A model generated the notes under the pieces. The model did no database searches and was not told the DNA's origin. It was given only the letters and a program-made list of their open reading frames with translations. A stretch of 64,000 bases of DNA from positions 13,755,326 through 13,819,325 of the forward strand of contig CM119267.1 in assembly GCA_051294375.1 (NCBI GenBank), written 5' to 3'. Below, in pieces: positions 1-13,813 of this stretch. Origin of the DNA: Paraspadella gotoi (Eukaryota; Animalia; Chaetognatha). Both the position numbers and the translations under genes were made by a program. Each line of letters opens with the position of its first letter. The first letter of the stretch is position 1.

Positions 1-325
1 GAGCCCTGACCTTTTATTTTTTAATGGCTCAAATATCTGAATTTAAGCTTTAATTGAATGACTCCAATAGTTCTGTTTAAAGCCTCTAATTGGTTGAATT
101 TTATACATTGAATTTGAATATCTGGTCTCTCATTGGTTAATAATAACTAGTAGATGTTTTGATTTTATTCTCAAAATGTGAACTCTCATCTCATTGGTTG
201 TTATATATAAATTCTTAATTTTTGGGAGATTCTTCTGAGACCATCAGGTATTAAACGATATTTGTAAAATTATTTGAATATGTTAATTAATTTATATTAA
301 TCCTTTCTTTTGTTGTTTGTTGAGA

Positions 326-1362
326 TTAATTAAAAACGAAAATTTTCGTGGAACAACAATAAAGTTTTTATTAACTTTGGACATGTTTCGGCTCACAACT
401 CAAGCCTTCATCAGCATCTGAAATCACAAATAATTTATTTCACAAACATTGAGAGAAGAGAGAGAGGGAGAGAGTTCCAACAAAGAATTTAGTAAAGGAA
501 AGTGGTCAGATGTGAGGACAGGTGAAGATGATGACAGGGATGAAAAGGAGAGTGAATGTGAAATTGGTGAAAAGGGAGAGAGAGAGGGGAGAGAGAGACA
601 CAGAGAGAGAGAAATAATAGTATACATTAGGCAATGTACAACAAAGAATAATAGTATTATAAACTAGACATAACAAAGATTTAAATAAATTAAATTAGGC
701 TGTTTGTGCATTTTTGAAATAGTGGAATATTGAAATATTGAAAATGAAATGGAAGGATAGTTTATGAGGGATAGTTAAGATAAAGAGGTAAGAGAAATAA
801 GTAAAGAAAGAGCTCAAAGTGAGCTCAAAGTGAGCATTCGGCAGGCTTATCAGGTCAGAGAGACATTCGAGTGGCACTGGGCATTTTTCCAGGTGGGTCA
901 TTACCAGATCCCAGCCTAACTAACTCCACCACAATACTCTCTCAACCTATGACAGGCCTATGAACCGAAATTCATCAGTAATATCCCTCATTTGCCCGGC
1001 TGGGGGGGGGACCAGCTCACTTTGAGCTCTTTCTTTACTTATTTTTCTCTTACCTCTTTATCTAACTATCCCTCATAAACTATCCTTTTCCATTTCATTT
1101 TCAATATTTCAATATTCACCTATTTCAAAAATGCACAAACAGCCTAATTTAATTTATTTAAATCTTTGTTATGTCTAGTTTATAATACTATTTATCTTTG
1201 TTGTACATTGCCTAATGTATACTATTATTTTCTCTCTCTGTGTCTCTCTCTCCCTCTCTCTCTCCTTTTCACCAATTTCACATTCACTCTCCTTTTCATC
1301 CCTGTCCTCATCTTCACCTGTCCTCACATCTGACCACTTTCCTTACTAAATTCTTTGTTGGA

Positions 1363-1415
<53 letters not shown>

Positions 1416-1536
1416 GTTTGTGAAATAAATTATTTGTGATTTCAGATGCTGATGAAGGCTTGAGTTGTGAGCCGAAACATGTCCAAGTTAATAAAAACTT
1501 TATTGTTGTTCCACGAAAATTTTCGTTTTTAATTAA
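326..1536. mobile_element. Penelope-like element relic arranged as a foldback (~500-bp inverted arms), with a minimal hammerhead in each arm
   Basis: 326-834 is the reverse complement of ~1015-1536. The hammerhead-like motif CTGATGA-A-GGCT..AGCC-GAAA-CATG-TC lies at 1449-1483 (+) and ~380-414 (-), followed by AATAAA. Confidence 0.75.
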
Positions 1537-3921
1537 GTTAATTAATTTTAAGCTTTTATGTAGCTTTGAGCTGTTGCTGCGTCTTGACTATGCTACTGTT
1601 GCTGTATCTCGTCTCTGCTGCTGCTGCATCTTAGCTCTGTTGCTTATCTCTGTCATGCTGATGTACGTTTTTCAATGATTATTGGATACTGAATACTAAA
1701 TAAAGTTATTATTCTATTTATCTTTTGATATATGGATTGAGTTAATATTAAGTCGGGATTAAGCACTGCTCAAACAATGTTTCATTGAAACTGAGAAACC
1801 CCCCAAGGAATCTTCAATGATGAATGATTATCATCGGTTCAATGAATGATTATCATTGTATAAATGATTATCATCGCATCAATCATTTGGTTATCATCAC
1901 ATCAATCATTTGGTTATCATCGCATCAATTTTTTGGTTATCATCTCATCAATCAATCAATTACTATTACATTAATCAATCAATTACTATTGCATCAATCA
2001 ATCAATTACTATTGCATTAATCAATTACTATTATATCAATTAATAATTATTTTAATAATTCGTTATCGCATCAAACATTCGTTTTTTTCATAAATATTTT
2101 TTGATAGTAACGTCTGACGAGATCACTACACTTAAAATTTGTTTAATTTATTTTATTTTAATATTTTTAATTTATGGTTCTTTTCCAACTTTTCATTTTC
2201 TTTTATATTGTTGCCATTCGTCATCGTCGATGTGCAATTCACGATCGTCATTCTAAAATCGATGATTATGATCAATTATAGATTTGAGTATAAAACAATA
2301 TTAATTCAATGATAACAGATTATAAAAAACTATTGATTCAATAATTAAGAATTATTTACGCGATAATAACTAATTATTGATATAATGATAATGAATTATT
2401 GAAGCGATGAGAGTCATTCATTGATGCGATGATAGTCATTGATTGATTCAATGAGAATCATTTATTTATGCTATGAATGAAAAACCTAAACCCTGGACTC
2501 GAGCCTGGATCTCCGGGAGGAGGGGGAGGAGGATGAGGAGAAATGATGAGGAAACGGTGCATGTTGGCGAAACCTATCGGTTCTTTCTGCTATTATAATA
2601 ATTTAATAATGAAATTATAATAAATAATTGATTCGATGATAATCATTCAGAATGCAATGATAAGCACAATATAAACCATGTACAAACCCCGACAATGGCA
2701 AATTAATATTATCACAATCTGTATAAAGGAAATCATTATTAAACAGAGCAATGAAATAACAACGAACAGTATTGTTTGTATTTTTATTTATTTGTAAACA
2801 AATATCGATTGTTTATATTTTTAAACACTTTTACAAAAGGTAAATAAGATCGACAAATTACAATGAGTTTGTCCAACATTTGATAATGCGATAATAACCA
2901 TACATTGATGTGATAATAGTCATGCGATGATAGTCATTTATTGATGATGATAATCAATTAATCATGCACTGATGTGAGGATAATCATTTATTGATGCGAT
3001 GATAGTCATTTATTGTTGCGATGATAATTATTTATTGATACGATGATAATAATTCATCAATGCGATTATTGATGCAATGATAGAGATTTAATGATGCGTT
3101 AGATACAATGATAATCGAAAAATGATGGACATATCAGAAAAAGTGAGAGAGAAAGAGAGACAACCAATCATAACAGATTTCTTAATAAATTACTAAAGGA
3201 ATCTATAAATAAATCATTCATTCAACTGATCAATCAGCCAATATTTTCAACTGAAAGAGAAAGAATGAAAAATAATTCAAATTTATAAATATCACCTTTG
3301 TTTTTTCTATTAAAACTCTTTTCCACTCGTACGATTCCATCGAAACTTAATATCCAGCTCAATCTCATACTTTGCTACCCACACACAAACTTTCATCTCA
3401 ATCCATCCATCCAATTATAAATAATTGAAATAATTATGAGTAAATATAATTATATGAATTTAAGCAAATATGACTTGTTTTTTCCATTTAAACTCATTTC
3501 CACTCGGACTATTCCTTCGAAAGTTTATATCCAGCTCAATCACACACTTTCCTAGTCTTTCCTACCCACTCACAAAATTTCTTTCCAATTCATCTATCCA
3601 ATCATGAGTAATTGGAGTTTTTTGCTAAGGTGGGACGGACGGACGGATAGACATAATTTTTTTGCATAATTTATCATAATTCGATGTTCTGATATGATAA
3701 AAATGATTTACCGACAAGCTTTTTGGGTGGGACCGACGGACCGACAAAGTGGATTACAGAGTCGGAATCTGCTGATAGGCAGACCCACCTAAAAATTAAT
3801 TATGATCATTGATATATATTTTATTTATTTCACCTTTAGAAACTATTTAGAATTTAATTAATACTTAATTCGAGCACAGCAAAAAAATCCTTGCTTAAAA
3901 TTTTTTTAAAATACAAATTAC

Positions 3922-4655
3922 CTTTTAGTAGCTGCTTTGAGCCCTTGCCACGGAAGCGATCCTCGATTGAAATACATGAGAACATAGCCAAGTGACTCGA
4001 GATCGTCTCGCCGTGACTGCTCAATTCCCAGATGCGTGTTGATGCTCGCATAACGAGCGGTTCCTAATTTCATTTCCATTCAAATTGTTTAATAACCTCA
4101 ATGAGCTCATTTTTTATAGCTACATATAGTACCTGTCAAGTTCTTGTTTTCACGATAGGGTATATGTTGGTGCGTTCGCGCATCACGATATTTTTTTGCT
4201 AATCCAAAATCGATTATGTAAACTAAATTCCCTTTTTTACCAAGACCCATCAGAAAGTTATCCGGTTTGATGTCTCGATGGATGAAGTTTTTGGAGTGAA
4301 TGTATTCAATTCTACTAATCATTTGATCGGCTAACAACAATACAGTTTTCAATGAAAATTTCCTTGAGCAGAAATTGAAGAGATCCTCTAAAGATGGTCC
4401 AAGGAGCTCCATAACCATTACGTTATAGTCTCCCTCTACTCCGCACCATTTTATTTGTGGAATACCAACCCCGCCTTGCATCATCTTATAAAATTTACTC
4501 TCGATATGCAATTGAGGGTGTTTAGTTTTTATGCATTCAAGCTTGATAGCTACTTCTTCTCCATTTGAAATATTAGTTCCGAGATAAATATCGCCAAATG
4601 AGCCGCTTCCAATTTTCCGTCCTAAACGATACTTGTTTCCAACACGTAACTCCAT
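3922..4655 (-). CDS. CSNK1D/E: Casein kinase I delta/epsilon (doubletime-like), first two coding exons; gene probably continues beyond the left edge of the window
   Basis: Exon 1, 4655-4133: [24 protein letters not shown]...HRDIKPDN...IDFGLAKKY...ENKNLT. A 69-nt GT-AG intron follows. Exon 2, 4063-3922: (G)[46 protein letters not shown], then a GTAATT donor. The next exon was not found in 1-3900. Confidence 0.96.
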
Positions 4656-6758
4656 TTTAATTTAATCCAGGCATAATGATGGAATAAAAATTTGCCTTGT
4701 CCATTTGTCAAGGCTTAATATTTTAAGTGTTTAAAATTTTGACGATCACTTTATAACTTACTACACGATTTACAGACCTGTGCGAAAAAAAGAGAACACC
4801 CAGAAACATTATGAAAATAAATAAAATTAGATTCCTTGAAAATGAAAGATATCATCGCAGAGGAATCGAACCTAAAAGTCGGAATCGGGTCAGCGACGCG
4901 AGAATAAATTTCAAGAGACTCTCTCATTGGGCAAACGACAAATGGCACCGGCAAATGGTTAGCCGGGCTTCCATCCGGCGGGCAAAGTTACCAGAGTCAC
5001 GGATCCGATTCCATTATATAAATAGGGGGAGCCTAACTCAGTAAGGTAGTTTAGAAATTCGTATTAAGCACCTGCTCAAACGAAAATTTAAACATTTTTT
5101 AAAAAAATTGAATAGACTAAAAATTTTAATATTACTCCATATATTAATTTTTTAATATTTAGGAAAGGCTAAACATTTTTTTAGAATTTTTTTATTTTTA
5201 AGATCAGATTCAGGTAGCTTACAAAAAGTTTTTCCCCAAAGTATAATTTTTTTTCTCGATATTTTGATCATAAGTAGCTGAAAAATATGAAAAACTATAT
5301 ATAATCAATATATTAATCATCATCATCATCTTTCAATAATTTTATTCCTTTTTCTTAATTTTGACTAAGAAAATATAAAAATTTTTGAAAATTGTAGTTA
5401 TATTTTTAAACTTGTTATGCTCTATCAGAATCCATCAAAAAAGTTAAGATTGATTTAAAAAAAATATCATTATATACTGTAATTTTGATAGCAACACACG
5501 GTAGGATGTGAAAAAAAAAGTGCCATCTCTGAAACCTATAAAATCTTAAAGTATACCCATGAGACACTTAATGTAGTAGGTCAGTAAAATTCGATAAAGG
5601 TAGGATTTTTTTTAAACGCTAATTAAAGTTTTTGAAATGTTTTTATAAAATTTTTTAAAGTAGTTTAGTGAATATGCTTACAATTTGAATGTCTATATGT
5701 CTATTATTATCTACAAAGCATAAGCTTTAATTTGAGACCTCTCCCAACTTTCTATTACTTTTCGTTATTGAAATATAAGTAAAATTTCGAATTTTTTTTT
5801 TAAAAAGATTAATCAATTAGTACCTTTGAACAGATTATTTCTCAAAAATAAAGATACAAATATGTTCTTAAAATTCAATTCTACTTATTAGGCTTCAAAA
5901 TAAGTTTTTTTTTAATTAATAGTAATTTTAATATAAAAAATTTTAAAAATTAAAAAAATAATTTGAAAAATATTAATATATACTCTAATTAAGTATTAAA
6001 AGTTAAAGCATTATGTCTGTTAATATTTTTATTCATTTGTCTATTAATAATATATATCAAATATTGCGTGAGCTATTATTATAATATAATTTTATAAATA
6101 TTTTTTTTGTATTAGAAATAAAAAATATAATTGGCTGAATATAATTTTGAATTAAAGTTCTCAGCTGATATTTATCTGTTATTTTATTTGAGATTAAGTT
6201 TTAATTAAATATCATATATTTAAAAAAAAATAATTATCTGTATTATTTATTTTTAATAATAATTTTATATTAATTTCTAAAAAAAATATGTTTTAAGGCC
6301 TAATAAGTAGAACTGCATTTTGAGAACATATTTGTACTTTTATTTTTAAGAAATAATTTGTTTGAAAGAACTGATTGATTAATAATTTTTTTAAAAAATT
6401 ATGATTTTTACTTATAATTCAATAACAAAAAATTGTAGAAAGTTGGGAGAGGTCTCAAATTAAAGCTTATGCTCTGTAGAGAATGATAGATGTATAGACA
6501 TTAAAATTGTAAGCATATTAACTAAACTACTTAAAAATTTTTATAAAAAAATTTAAAAAAACTTTAATTAGCATTTAAAAAAACCCTGCCATTATCGAAT
6601 TTTACCACATTAAGTGTCTCATGTAGAGACCGGAAGTGTTTGGCGAAATTTTTATTTCTCTATCTGCCGAAAAAACATAGGGAATTGGAAACAAAAAAGA
6701 ATACATTTAAAAAAAATTACTATTGTGTTAATCCTTTCGGCTTCGTTGAGTGTAGAGA

Positions 6759-6941
6759 TTTAAACAAAGTATGGAAATATTTTCGTCAACGATTTTTCAT
6801 TTAATAATATACGGACATGTTTCGACTCTTCATTTCGCTGATGAAGACTCGAAATGAAGAGTCGAAAGATGTCCGTATAATATACGGCGTATATTATTAA
6901 ATGAAAAATCGTTGACGAAAATATTTCCAAACTTTGTTTAA
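6759..6941. mobile_element. Short PLE pseudo-LTR foldback with minimal hammerhead (6834-6877, +)
   Basis: Near-perfect inverted repeat; CTGATGA-A-GACTC..GAGTC-GAAA-GATG-TC. Confidence 0.65.
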
Positions 6942-7769
6942 AAAAAATTACTGTATTGAAAGATGAGACTTGATCTTTGAAATAGAAAATGTACAAACAT
7001 AATTCTAACTGTTATGCAAAAAAGTAATATTTTAAATTACAATAATTTAGAGTTTACATTTGTTTGTACCATAGTATCAAGAACAAAAACATTAAGGTAA
7101 CATATAAAGCTGAAGCCATTGCTTAACCTTAATCACTATGTTTTAAACTTTGAAAATGAGTCCCCTAATGTCCCGGCCAATAATATGTTGATAGTTTTTT
7201 TTATAAAAATTATTTTACTGGGTATCATCAGATAAAGCTGAGGTATGAGTATAAAATTGGTGTATTCTCGTCCTTATTATGTTCAGAATCTAAAGAAGTT
7301 TTCTGAACTCTGGTATTTTCCATTGTTTAGTAAATTTGTCTCATATTTTCATTTATTATTTTATTAAATATCTTTGCATTGATAAAAACATTTTTTTAAA
7401 ACTTTTAATATGATAATACAGATACATCTCATTAACATTTACTGAAATTTTTACAAAAATTGATGAACTGGTTGGTCATGGCACAATGTTAATTTTTTTA
7501 ATCCAGAATTTAACACTTTTTCACGCTATTCGAGATTTTTTCCAAAAAAATCGTATAAAAATTGTATACATTTAATATAAATTAAAAGGCGGAGGAAGGG
7601 AGAAGAGGAGATCAAACGTGGCGTGGCGTAGCGCAATATATACCCTTTTGCGCCACACTTTTAAGTAAAAAGCTAGACATTGTATTTTGACTTTCTTTTT
7701 TGCTGTTTGAATTAGTTTAGAGGTAATAACGAAAAACCCGTTGTAACAGCAATTTAGTTTTATATTATA

Positions 7770-7810
7770 ATGGATATATTTCGACTCTTATTACCAGTCT
7801 TCATCAGCTA
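7770..7810 (-). ncRNA. Minimal hammerhead-like motif (PLE relic)
   Basis: Minus strand CTGATGA-A-GACT..AGTC-GAAA-TATA-TC with palindromic stem III loop; stem I weak. Confidence 0.5.
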
Positions 7811-8644
7811 AGTAAAAAGCTGAAATTATTATAGATTTTTATTTATAAATGCATTTTAAATTATAATTAAGAAAAAAATTATTATTTCATCTTTGAGGGA
7901 AAAAATGGTTGACATAGTTTTTACGCGACCAAACCATGTATTGCTTAAAATTGATAAAAAGAAGATGCAGCCTTAAACTTTAAACCTTTGCTTATAGATA
8001 TTTGCAATTGTTAAAGTTTTTGTTCAAAAATGTGGCTCAGAAAAGAAGAGCAGAAACTGATGTATAGTCAGTGTTTGTGTTCATTGCTTGCCTCGTATTC
8101 TAAAAATTAACAATCAAATTGGCAATCAATGATCAATTGACATTTGTGGGGGTCTGATTAAAGGTTTAAATGCATTCATTAAAGCCAGAAAGAAAATACT
8201 AAATTTTTGTGCCGGTCCCTATCTCATGGGTATACTTTAAGATTTTTAAAGGTTTCAGAGATGGCACTTTTTTGTTTCTTTCACATCCTCTCTGGCCTAC
8301 CGTGTAACAATAAAAGCATTAAAATCGAACTTTTTTTAAAGATTCTTTTTTTACCTGAAAGTAGACTTCAAGATTAAAGTTTTGAACTCCGGCCCCTATT
8401 GCATTTAATTTCATAGTAGATTTCTAGTATAAATAGCTCTTATTTTCCATGGCGATTCACTCTGTCTAAAAATTGACACCATTTTCACTGTCTATTTTCT
8501 TGTAAATACATCCACTTTGGTTTCACCCAGAAATCCCTGTCTACATACATAAATGCGGTGGCAGGAGTGGACTCGACTCACCACGACTCCAAAGAAGAAT
8601 CAAGCCTTATCACCGCAACCACGCCACCCCTCAAAAAAATTTAT

Positions 8645-9100
8645 AAACAGAAAGAAAAAGAAGAAAAGAATAAATAAAGAAAGAATAGAAACGAAAGATA
8701 GAAAAGAAAGGAAAGAAAGAAAAGAAAGGAAAGAAAAAAGAAAGGAAAAGAAAGAAAAGAAAAGAAAGAAAGAATAGAAAGGAAAGAAGAATAGAAAGGA
8801 AAGAAAGAATAAAAAGGAAAGAAAGAATAGAACGGAAAGAAGGAATAGAAAGGAAAAAAAAATAGAAAGGAAAGAAAAAATAGAAAGAAAAAAATAGAAA
8901 GGAAAGAAAGAATAGAAAGGAAAGAAAGAATAGAAAAGAAAGAAAGAATAGAAAGGAAAGAAGGAACAAAAAGGAAAGAAGGAATAAAAAGGAAAGAAGG
9001 AATAAAAAGGAAAGAAAGAATAAAAAGGAAAGAAAGATTAGAAAGGAAAGAAAGATTAGAAAGGAAAAAAAAAAATAAAGAGAGAGTGACGAGAAGAAAG
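8645..9100. repeat. Purine-rich low-complexity minisatellite (~18-bp AAAGGAAAGAAAGAATAG)
   Basis: Directly visible; the overlapping ORFs are repeat artefacts. Confidence 0.9.
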
Positions 9101-10309
9101 AACGAAATTAAAACCCGATGTTGCGATAGCAAAATGATAACATGAACAAATGTGCTTAATTTTACAAGTTCAATCCTAATTCAATTTTTTTTTTAATAAA
9201 AACGCAGAGAGAGAGAGAGAGAGATAAGCCAAATCGTTTTCGGACAAATCAGCAGCGGCAGCAGCAGAGGCACCCAGAAAAAAAGAAAGAGAACAAAAGG
9301 CAGCAGCAGAAGCAGCAGGAGAAAAGAGAGAAAAAGAATAAGCCCCTGCAGAATCAGTGACTAGGGAAAAGAGAAAGGGAGAGAGACATGTAATTAAAAG
9401 AGAAAAGAGAGAGAGCAAAAAATATAAAAATAAAAGAGAAAATTTGTTTGTTTTGATAAAACGTAAACAAAACATATTTAATAACTGTCCAGACTCAATT
9501 TTAAGTACATCGATGATGAGAAGCTGTATATAAATTTTCAGCTTCATACACCTAAATTTAATCATAAAAAAGGCGATCTATAATTTGGAACGCCGACGAC
9601 AACAACGACGACGACGCCACTTATGCGCAATACAATATCGTCGCAAACGCTAAGCGATTGCGACGATAAAATGATATTAAAAAAAAATTTTAATACCAGT
9701 AATAATCAAATTAAATAAGAACTATACGAGCTGAGAGTTAAAACTGACTACTTTGAATTCTTTTAAAAACTTCGCGAGAACGAAAAGGGGAAAACAATCA
9801 TTGATTGTAGTTTGTTGTCATGGCACAACCGGCAATAACAGTAGGCGAAAATAGCTCGACTTAAAGAAGTTCGTTTTCCGAAAAGGGGCCACGAAAACTA
9901 GATGATGCCTTCAAAGGGCCTCTTCGAGGAGACTTTAGATGTAGAAAACGTAAAAATTCTCTCCAATAAAACATGAAGTAAGCTGAGTTTATCGAGAAGC
10001 GGTCATCTTGGTTTCGAACATTGAATAAGCAGACGACTCTCAAGTTTCAGACGAACTCCATCGTCGTTAAGGACTTTAAATTGAGAATTAAAATCAGAAT
10101 GTCATTGTGATGGAAAACTCATTTAGTTATTAGTTATTTTTAATTTTTTTAGGTTTATTTAGGAATTGGAAGGTTGAGAATGAATAAAAGAGGGAAAAAA
10201 AGGGTATTCTTTGATGCCTTTCCTCGACAATTATCATTATTTTTGACAAGTACACAAGTAGTTCTACCATTTTTATTTCGTTTCATCCTATGGACAATAG
10301 AGTAGATCA

Positions 10310-11206
10310 GTTTTTAGCTGGATCTGCTTATCGCAGATTCCGACTCTATAATTCACTTTGTCGGTCTGTCGGTCCCACCCTAAAATCTTGTCGGTAAATC
10401 ATTTTTATCATATCAGAACATCGAATAATAATAAATTATGCAAAAAAAATTATGTCTGTCTGTCCATCCGTCCGTCCCCCCTTAGCATTAAACACCAATT
10501 ACTCGTGATTGAATTGATGGATTGGAATTTTGTGTGTGTGTAGGAAAGTGTGTGATTTAATCATAATTATTGTAGTATTTTCCTTTCTTTTTGTTTTTCT
10601 TTTTTTTTAATTCGCGACAAAGTAAAATAGTTATTTTATTTATAATAAAAATAACTCTTTTACTTTGTCGAGAATCATAATTATTTTATTTATTAAAAAT
10701 TGGATTGATAAATTTAAATAGAATTTTGTGTGGGGGTAAGAAAGTATGCAATTAAGCTGGTAATAAATTTTTGATGGAATGGTAGGAAAAGAGTTTAAAT
10801 TAAAAAATAAAAATATACTTTTATTAGAATTTCTGTCTATCTCTCTCTGATTGATTGATTGATGGATTGATTGAATGTTAATTTAGGTAAATGATTGATT
10901 AATAAATTTTTAAATTTATTTATTGAGAAATCTGTTATAATTTATGTTATAAGTTATGTTTCTTTCTCTCTTTATTTATTTATGCATTTTCTTTTCGAAC
11001 ATTATTATAATTTATATCATTGATTAATGATCGATTATCAGCACGTCAATGATCGAATATTATCGCTTTACTATTATCGCATCAATAAATCCTTAGCTTA
11101 GGTAGCAATGCTTTAACAATTGAGAATCAGTAATCAGGAAGTGATTAATGCTTACCGCTAAATTATCTATCGTAAGCAGATCCGACATTGTTTGCTCAAA
11201 CTTGTT
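10310..11206 (+). mobile_element. HINE/DINE-1-like element
   Basis: TTTTAGCTGGATCTGC..GCAGATTCC start, GTCC microsatellite, GCAGATCCGACATTGTTTGCTCAAACTTGTT end. Partial copies at ~3300-3795, 33800-34952, 44560-45948, 50290-50970. Confidence 0.75.
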
Positions 11207-11902
11207 CTATTTCAAAATACTTCACGCTCCCTGGCCTGGTGCAGAACTTGTTGTTTATCATTTTTATGGTTCAAACAATTCAGTCGAGATCTTTGACCCA
11301 AGGGAGTTTATCCAAATCTTCGCAACGGTGCCACTTGTAGCGGTACTAAAGTACAAACAGAAAAACGCAAAATACATTTGACTATTGCAAACTGATACTA
11401 AACAAACTATATCTTTATTTAACGCCACAAAGACTGAACAAATGCTTGGTTCAAAACTACGATGTGATGCTTAAGCTAAGGATAGTAAGTTTAGTAAGTT
11501 TACACTTAGAACTAGGGCTTTTTACGACAGTTGCAAACCTTCACATACAAAATTCACTTTTGACTGTGAAAAATGCAATGGGACCATTATGGGTCTTAAG
11601 GAAAAAAATTATGACGAGGAAAGAATATCTTTGTTAAAGAGACTTAGGATATGATATCTTCGGCCAAATTGATTGGCCAATCGATCGGTGTGGCGTCGTC
11701 AACCCTAAGGCTTTATTTGCATTTTAGTATATAGGGAAAAATACGTAACAAACTTAAATCGGAAAAGAAGATAAAAGGACGAACCGCTTGAAAGAAACTA
11801 GAATTAAATCGTGCCCCACTGAATTATGTCTCAGGTAATTCGCGAGAATTAATAGAATTGGTATTTATCGGAGCGGGTTTTTTTCTCATAAAACAAAAGC
11901 TT

Positions 11903-12867
11903 AGTAAAAACAGATTTAAGATTTAACGATTTATTTGATTAACGGACATGTTTCGACTTTGTTTTCAAGTATTAATTAGCATTTTGACAATAATGTGAAA
12001 TTTTGCGAAAAATAAGAGTGAGAAAGAGAGAGGAAAGGTGAAAGTTTTCCAACATAGTGGTGAGATAGGACAGTGGTCAGAGGTGAGGACAGGCTGAAGG
12101 TAAGGACAGATTGAGTTAGTTTTTGAAAGGAAGTGAAAATGGTCAGAGAGAGAGAGAGAACAAAATTATACATTTGTGCAATGTACAACAGAGATATAAA
12201 GTTTGAAACTGATTAGTCCTGATTTTTAACAATTAGCTAGTCCCTGGTTGGCCACTGCTCTCAGCCAGGCGCCAACCATTGATCACCAAGGCTCTTTTGA
12301 TGTGCTCAAGCTCGGCGGCTGTAATAGCTGTATTAGCACATCGAGTATTGGAATTGGCACATTCTCCTTCTCACATGTCCACTTGATTCTTGCATGTATG
12401 CTGTTCAGATGGTTCATGATGTCCTCAATGAAGTCCCTCCTCACGGTTATTTTGAGCTATTTTAATTTTTAAATTTTTATCTTTTTTCCTTTACTTACTT
12501 ATCCCTCACCAAATATAAATTTTTCAAATTTCAAATTCCTTTCTCTTATTTAGCTAATTGTTCAAAATCAGCACTAATCAGTTTAAAACTTTATATCTCT
12601 GTTGTTCATTTTATTCTCTCTCTCTCTGACCATTTTCACTTCCTTTCAAAAACTAACTAAATCTGTCCTTCCCTTCAGCCTGTCCTCACCTCTGACCACT
12701 GTCCTATTTCACCACTATGTTGCAAAACTTTCACCTTTCCTCTCTCTCTCTCACACTCTTCTTCTGCACGAAATTTCACATTGTCAAAACGCTGATGAAG
12801 ACTTGAAAACAAAGTCGAAATATGTCCGTTAATCAAATAAATCGTTAAATCTCAAATCTGTTTTACT
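11903..12867 (-). mobile_element. Penelope-like retroelement relic: RT fragments flanked by inverted pseudo-LTRs
   Basis: Minus strand 12444-12328 translates RRDFIEDIMNHLNSIHARIKWTCEKENVPIPILDVLIQ (PLE RT motifs 6-7), and 12319-12272 translates AAELEHIKRALVINGW (thumb EL..I...L..NG motif). Arms 11903-12240 and 12550-12867 are inverted. Confidence 0.82.
12788..12830 (+). ncRNA. Minimal type I hammerhead ribozyme (PLE-type)
   Basis: Stem I AACG/CGUU, core CUGAUGA(A), stem II GACU/AGUC, GAAA, 1-bp stem III with loop UAUG (palindromic CAUG in the partner arm), GUC cleavage triplet ending at 12826. Confidence 0.75.
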
Positions 12868-13813
12868 GATCACCCTACACAATGAAAAGAAAGGATTAAT
12901 ACACTAAAATAAAAGCTATAAAGGGTTTAAGCAGTCCAAGTAAAATTCCATTGATAATAAAGACGTGATTCCAATTCAACATTAATAGACATGATTTTGA
13001 CATTGATAGACAATGGAATAAACGTATATAGATAAACTTGAGGTCAATGAGGACAAAATAATTTCACAAAACAATTCTAAAAATTTTACAAAAATATTAC
13101 CAGGAGTCCTGGTTGCATCATATAATTAAGTAAAACCTTAATTTTAATAGGTCTCAATCTCTTAAATACTACTTTTAACCAAAAGGAAACTAGGATTGAG
13201 GTTGGGAAAAAATTGAAACTTTAAATCAATCGGAAGGCAGGAAATATTAGGGTCACGATTCTGATTCTAAAAATTGGTTCGTTTTTCCGATTAGAACGGA
13301 CAGAGTTAAACTCAGATAAAAATCATTAAAATATCTAACAGCATTGGGTAGATGATATTGTTCACAGGGACGTCGAATTTCCCTCCACTGAAAAGGACAG
13401 AACCTCATGGTGTTTTTTTTTGTTTTAGCTTAACGCCATATTTTTACTTAACTTCTTTAGGTCTTTTGACTTGTCAAAAAATAGTTTTTGTTTGAACTAA
13501 ATTTTTTTATATAAAAATGGGAATTTTAATGACCTGGTATTCGCTTTCTGGAAATTTCCATGTGTTCTTTTCCGAGGGTCGACCATTTGTGGGGAGGTTT
13601 GGCGGTGGATTGATGAGAAATGGGCTACCAATATAAATCCCCAATTTTAATAATACTTCATTTGCTATATAAATGATGTATTTTAAATTATTTTGTACCT
13701 CGTTTCATCCGATTGCTGCTGGCCTCTAAAATTATCCATATAGTCAGATGGGTTCGGAAAATCTCCTGCCGAAAAAGTTTAATGATTGCACAACCATAAA
13801 GTAAATACTTTAT

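Larger units (their letters stand above)
5497..8304. mobile_element. Non-autonomous TIR element with CACGGTAGG termini (Transib-like), nested in another MITE (~5023-8398; uninterrupted inverted copy ~18394-18958)
   Basis: TIR CACGGTAGG..GATGTGAAA..AAAGTGCCATCTCTGAAACCT at both ends; flanks CAACA/TAACA (5-bp TSD, one mismatch); long internal inverted arms. Confidence 0.6.

Noticed and set aside
4107-4655. CK1 as a truncated retrocopy ending TGTICSYKK
   Set aside because: The ORF simply reads into an intron; the in-phase next exon is at 4063-3922.
8553-9565. Lys/Arg-rich and Phe/Leu/Ser-rich ORFs
   Set aside because: Translations of a purine-rich minisatellite and an interspersed repeat.
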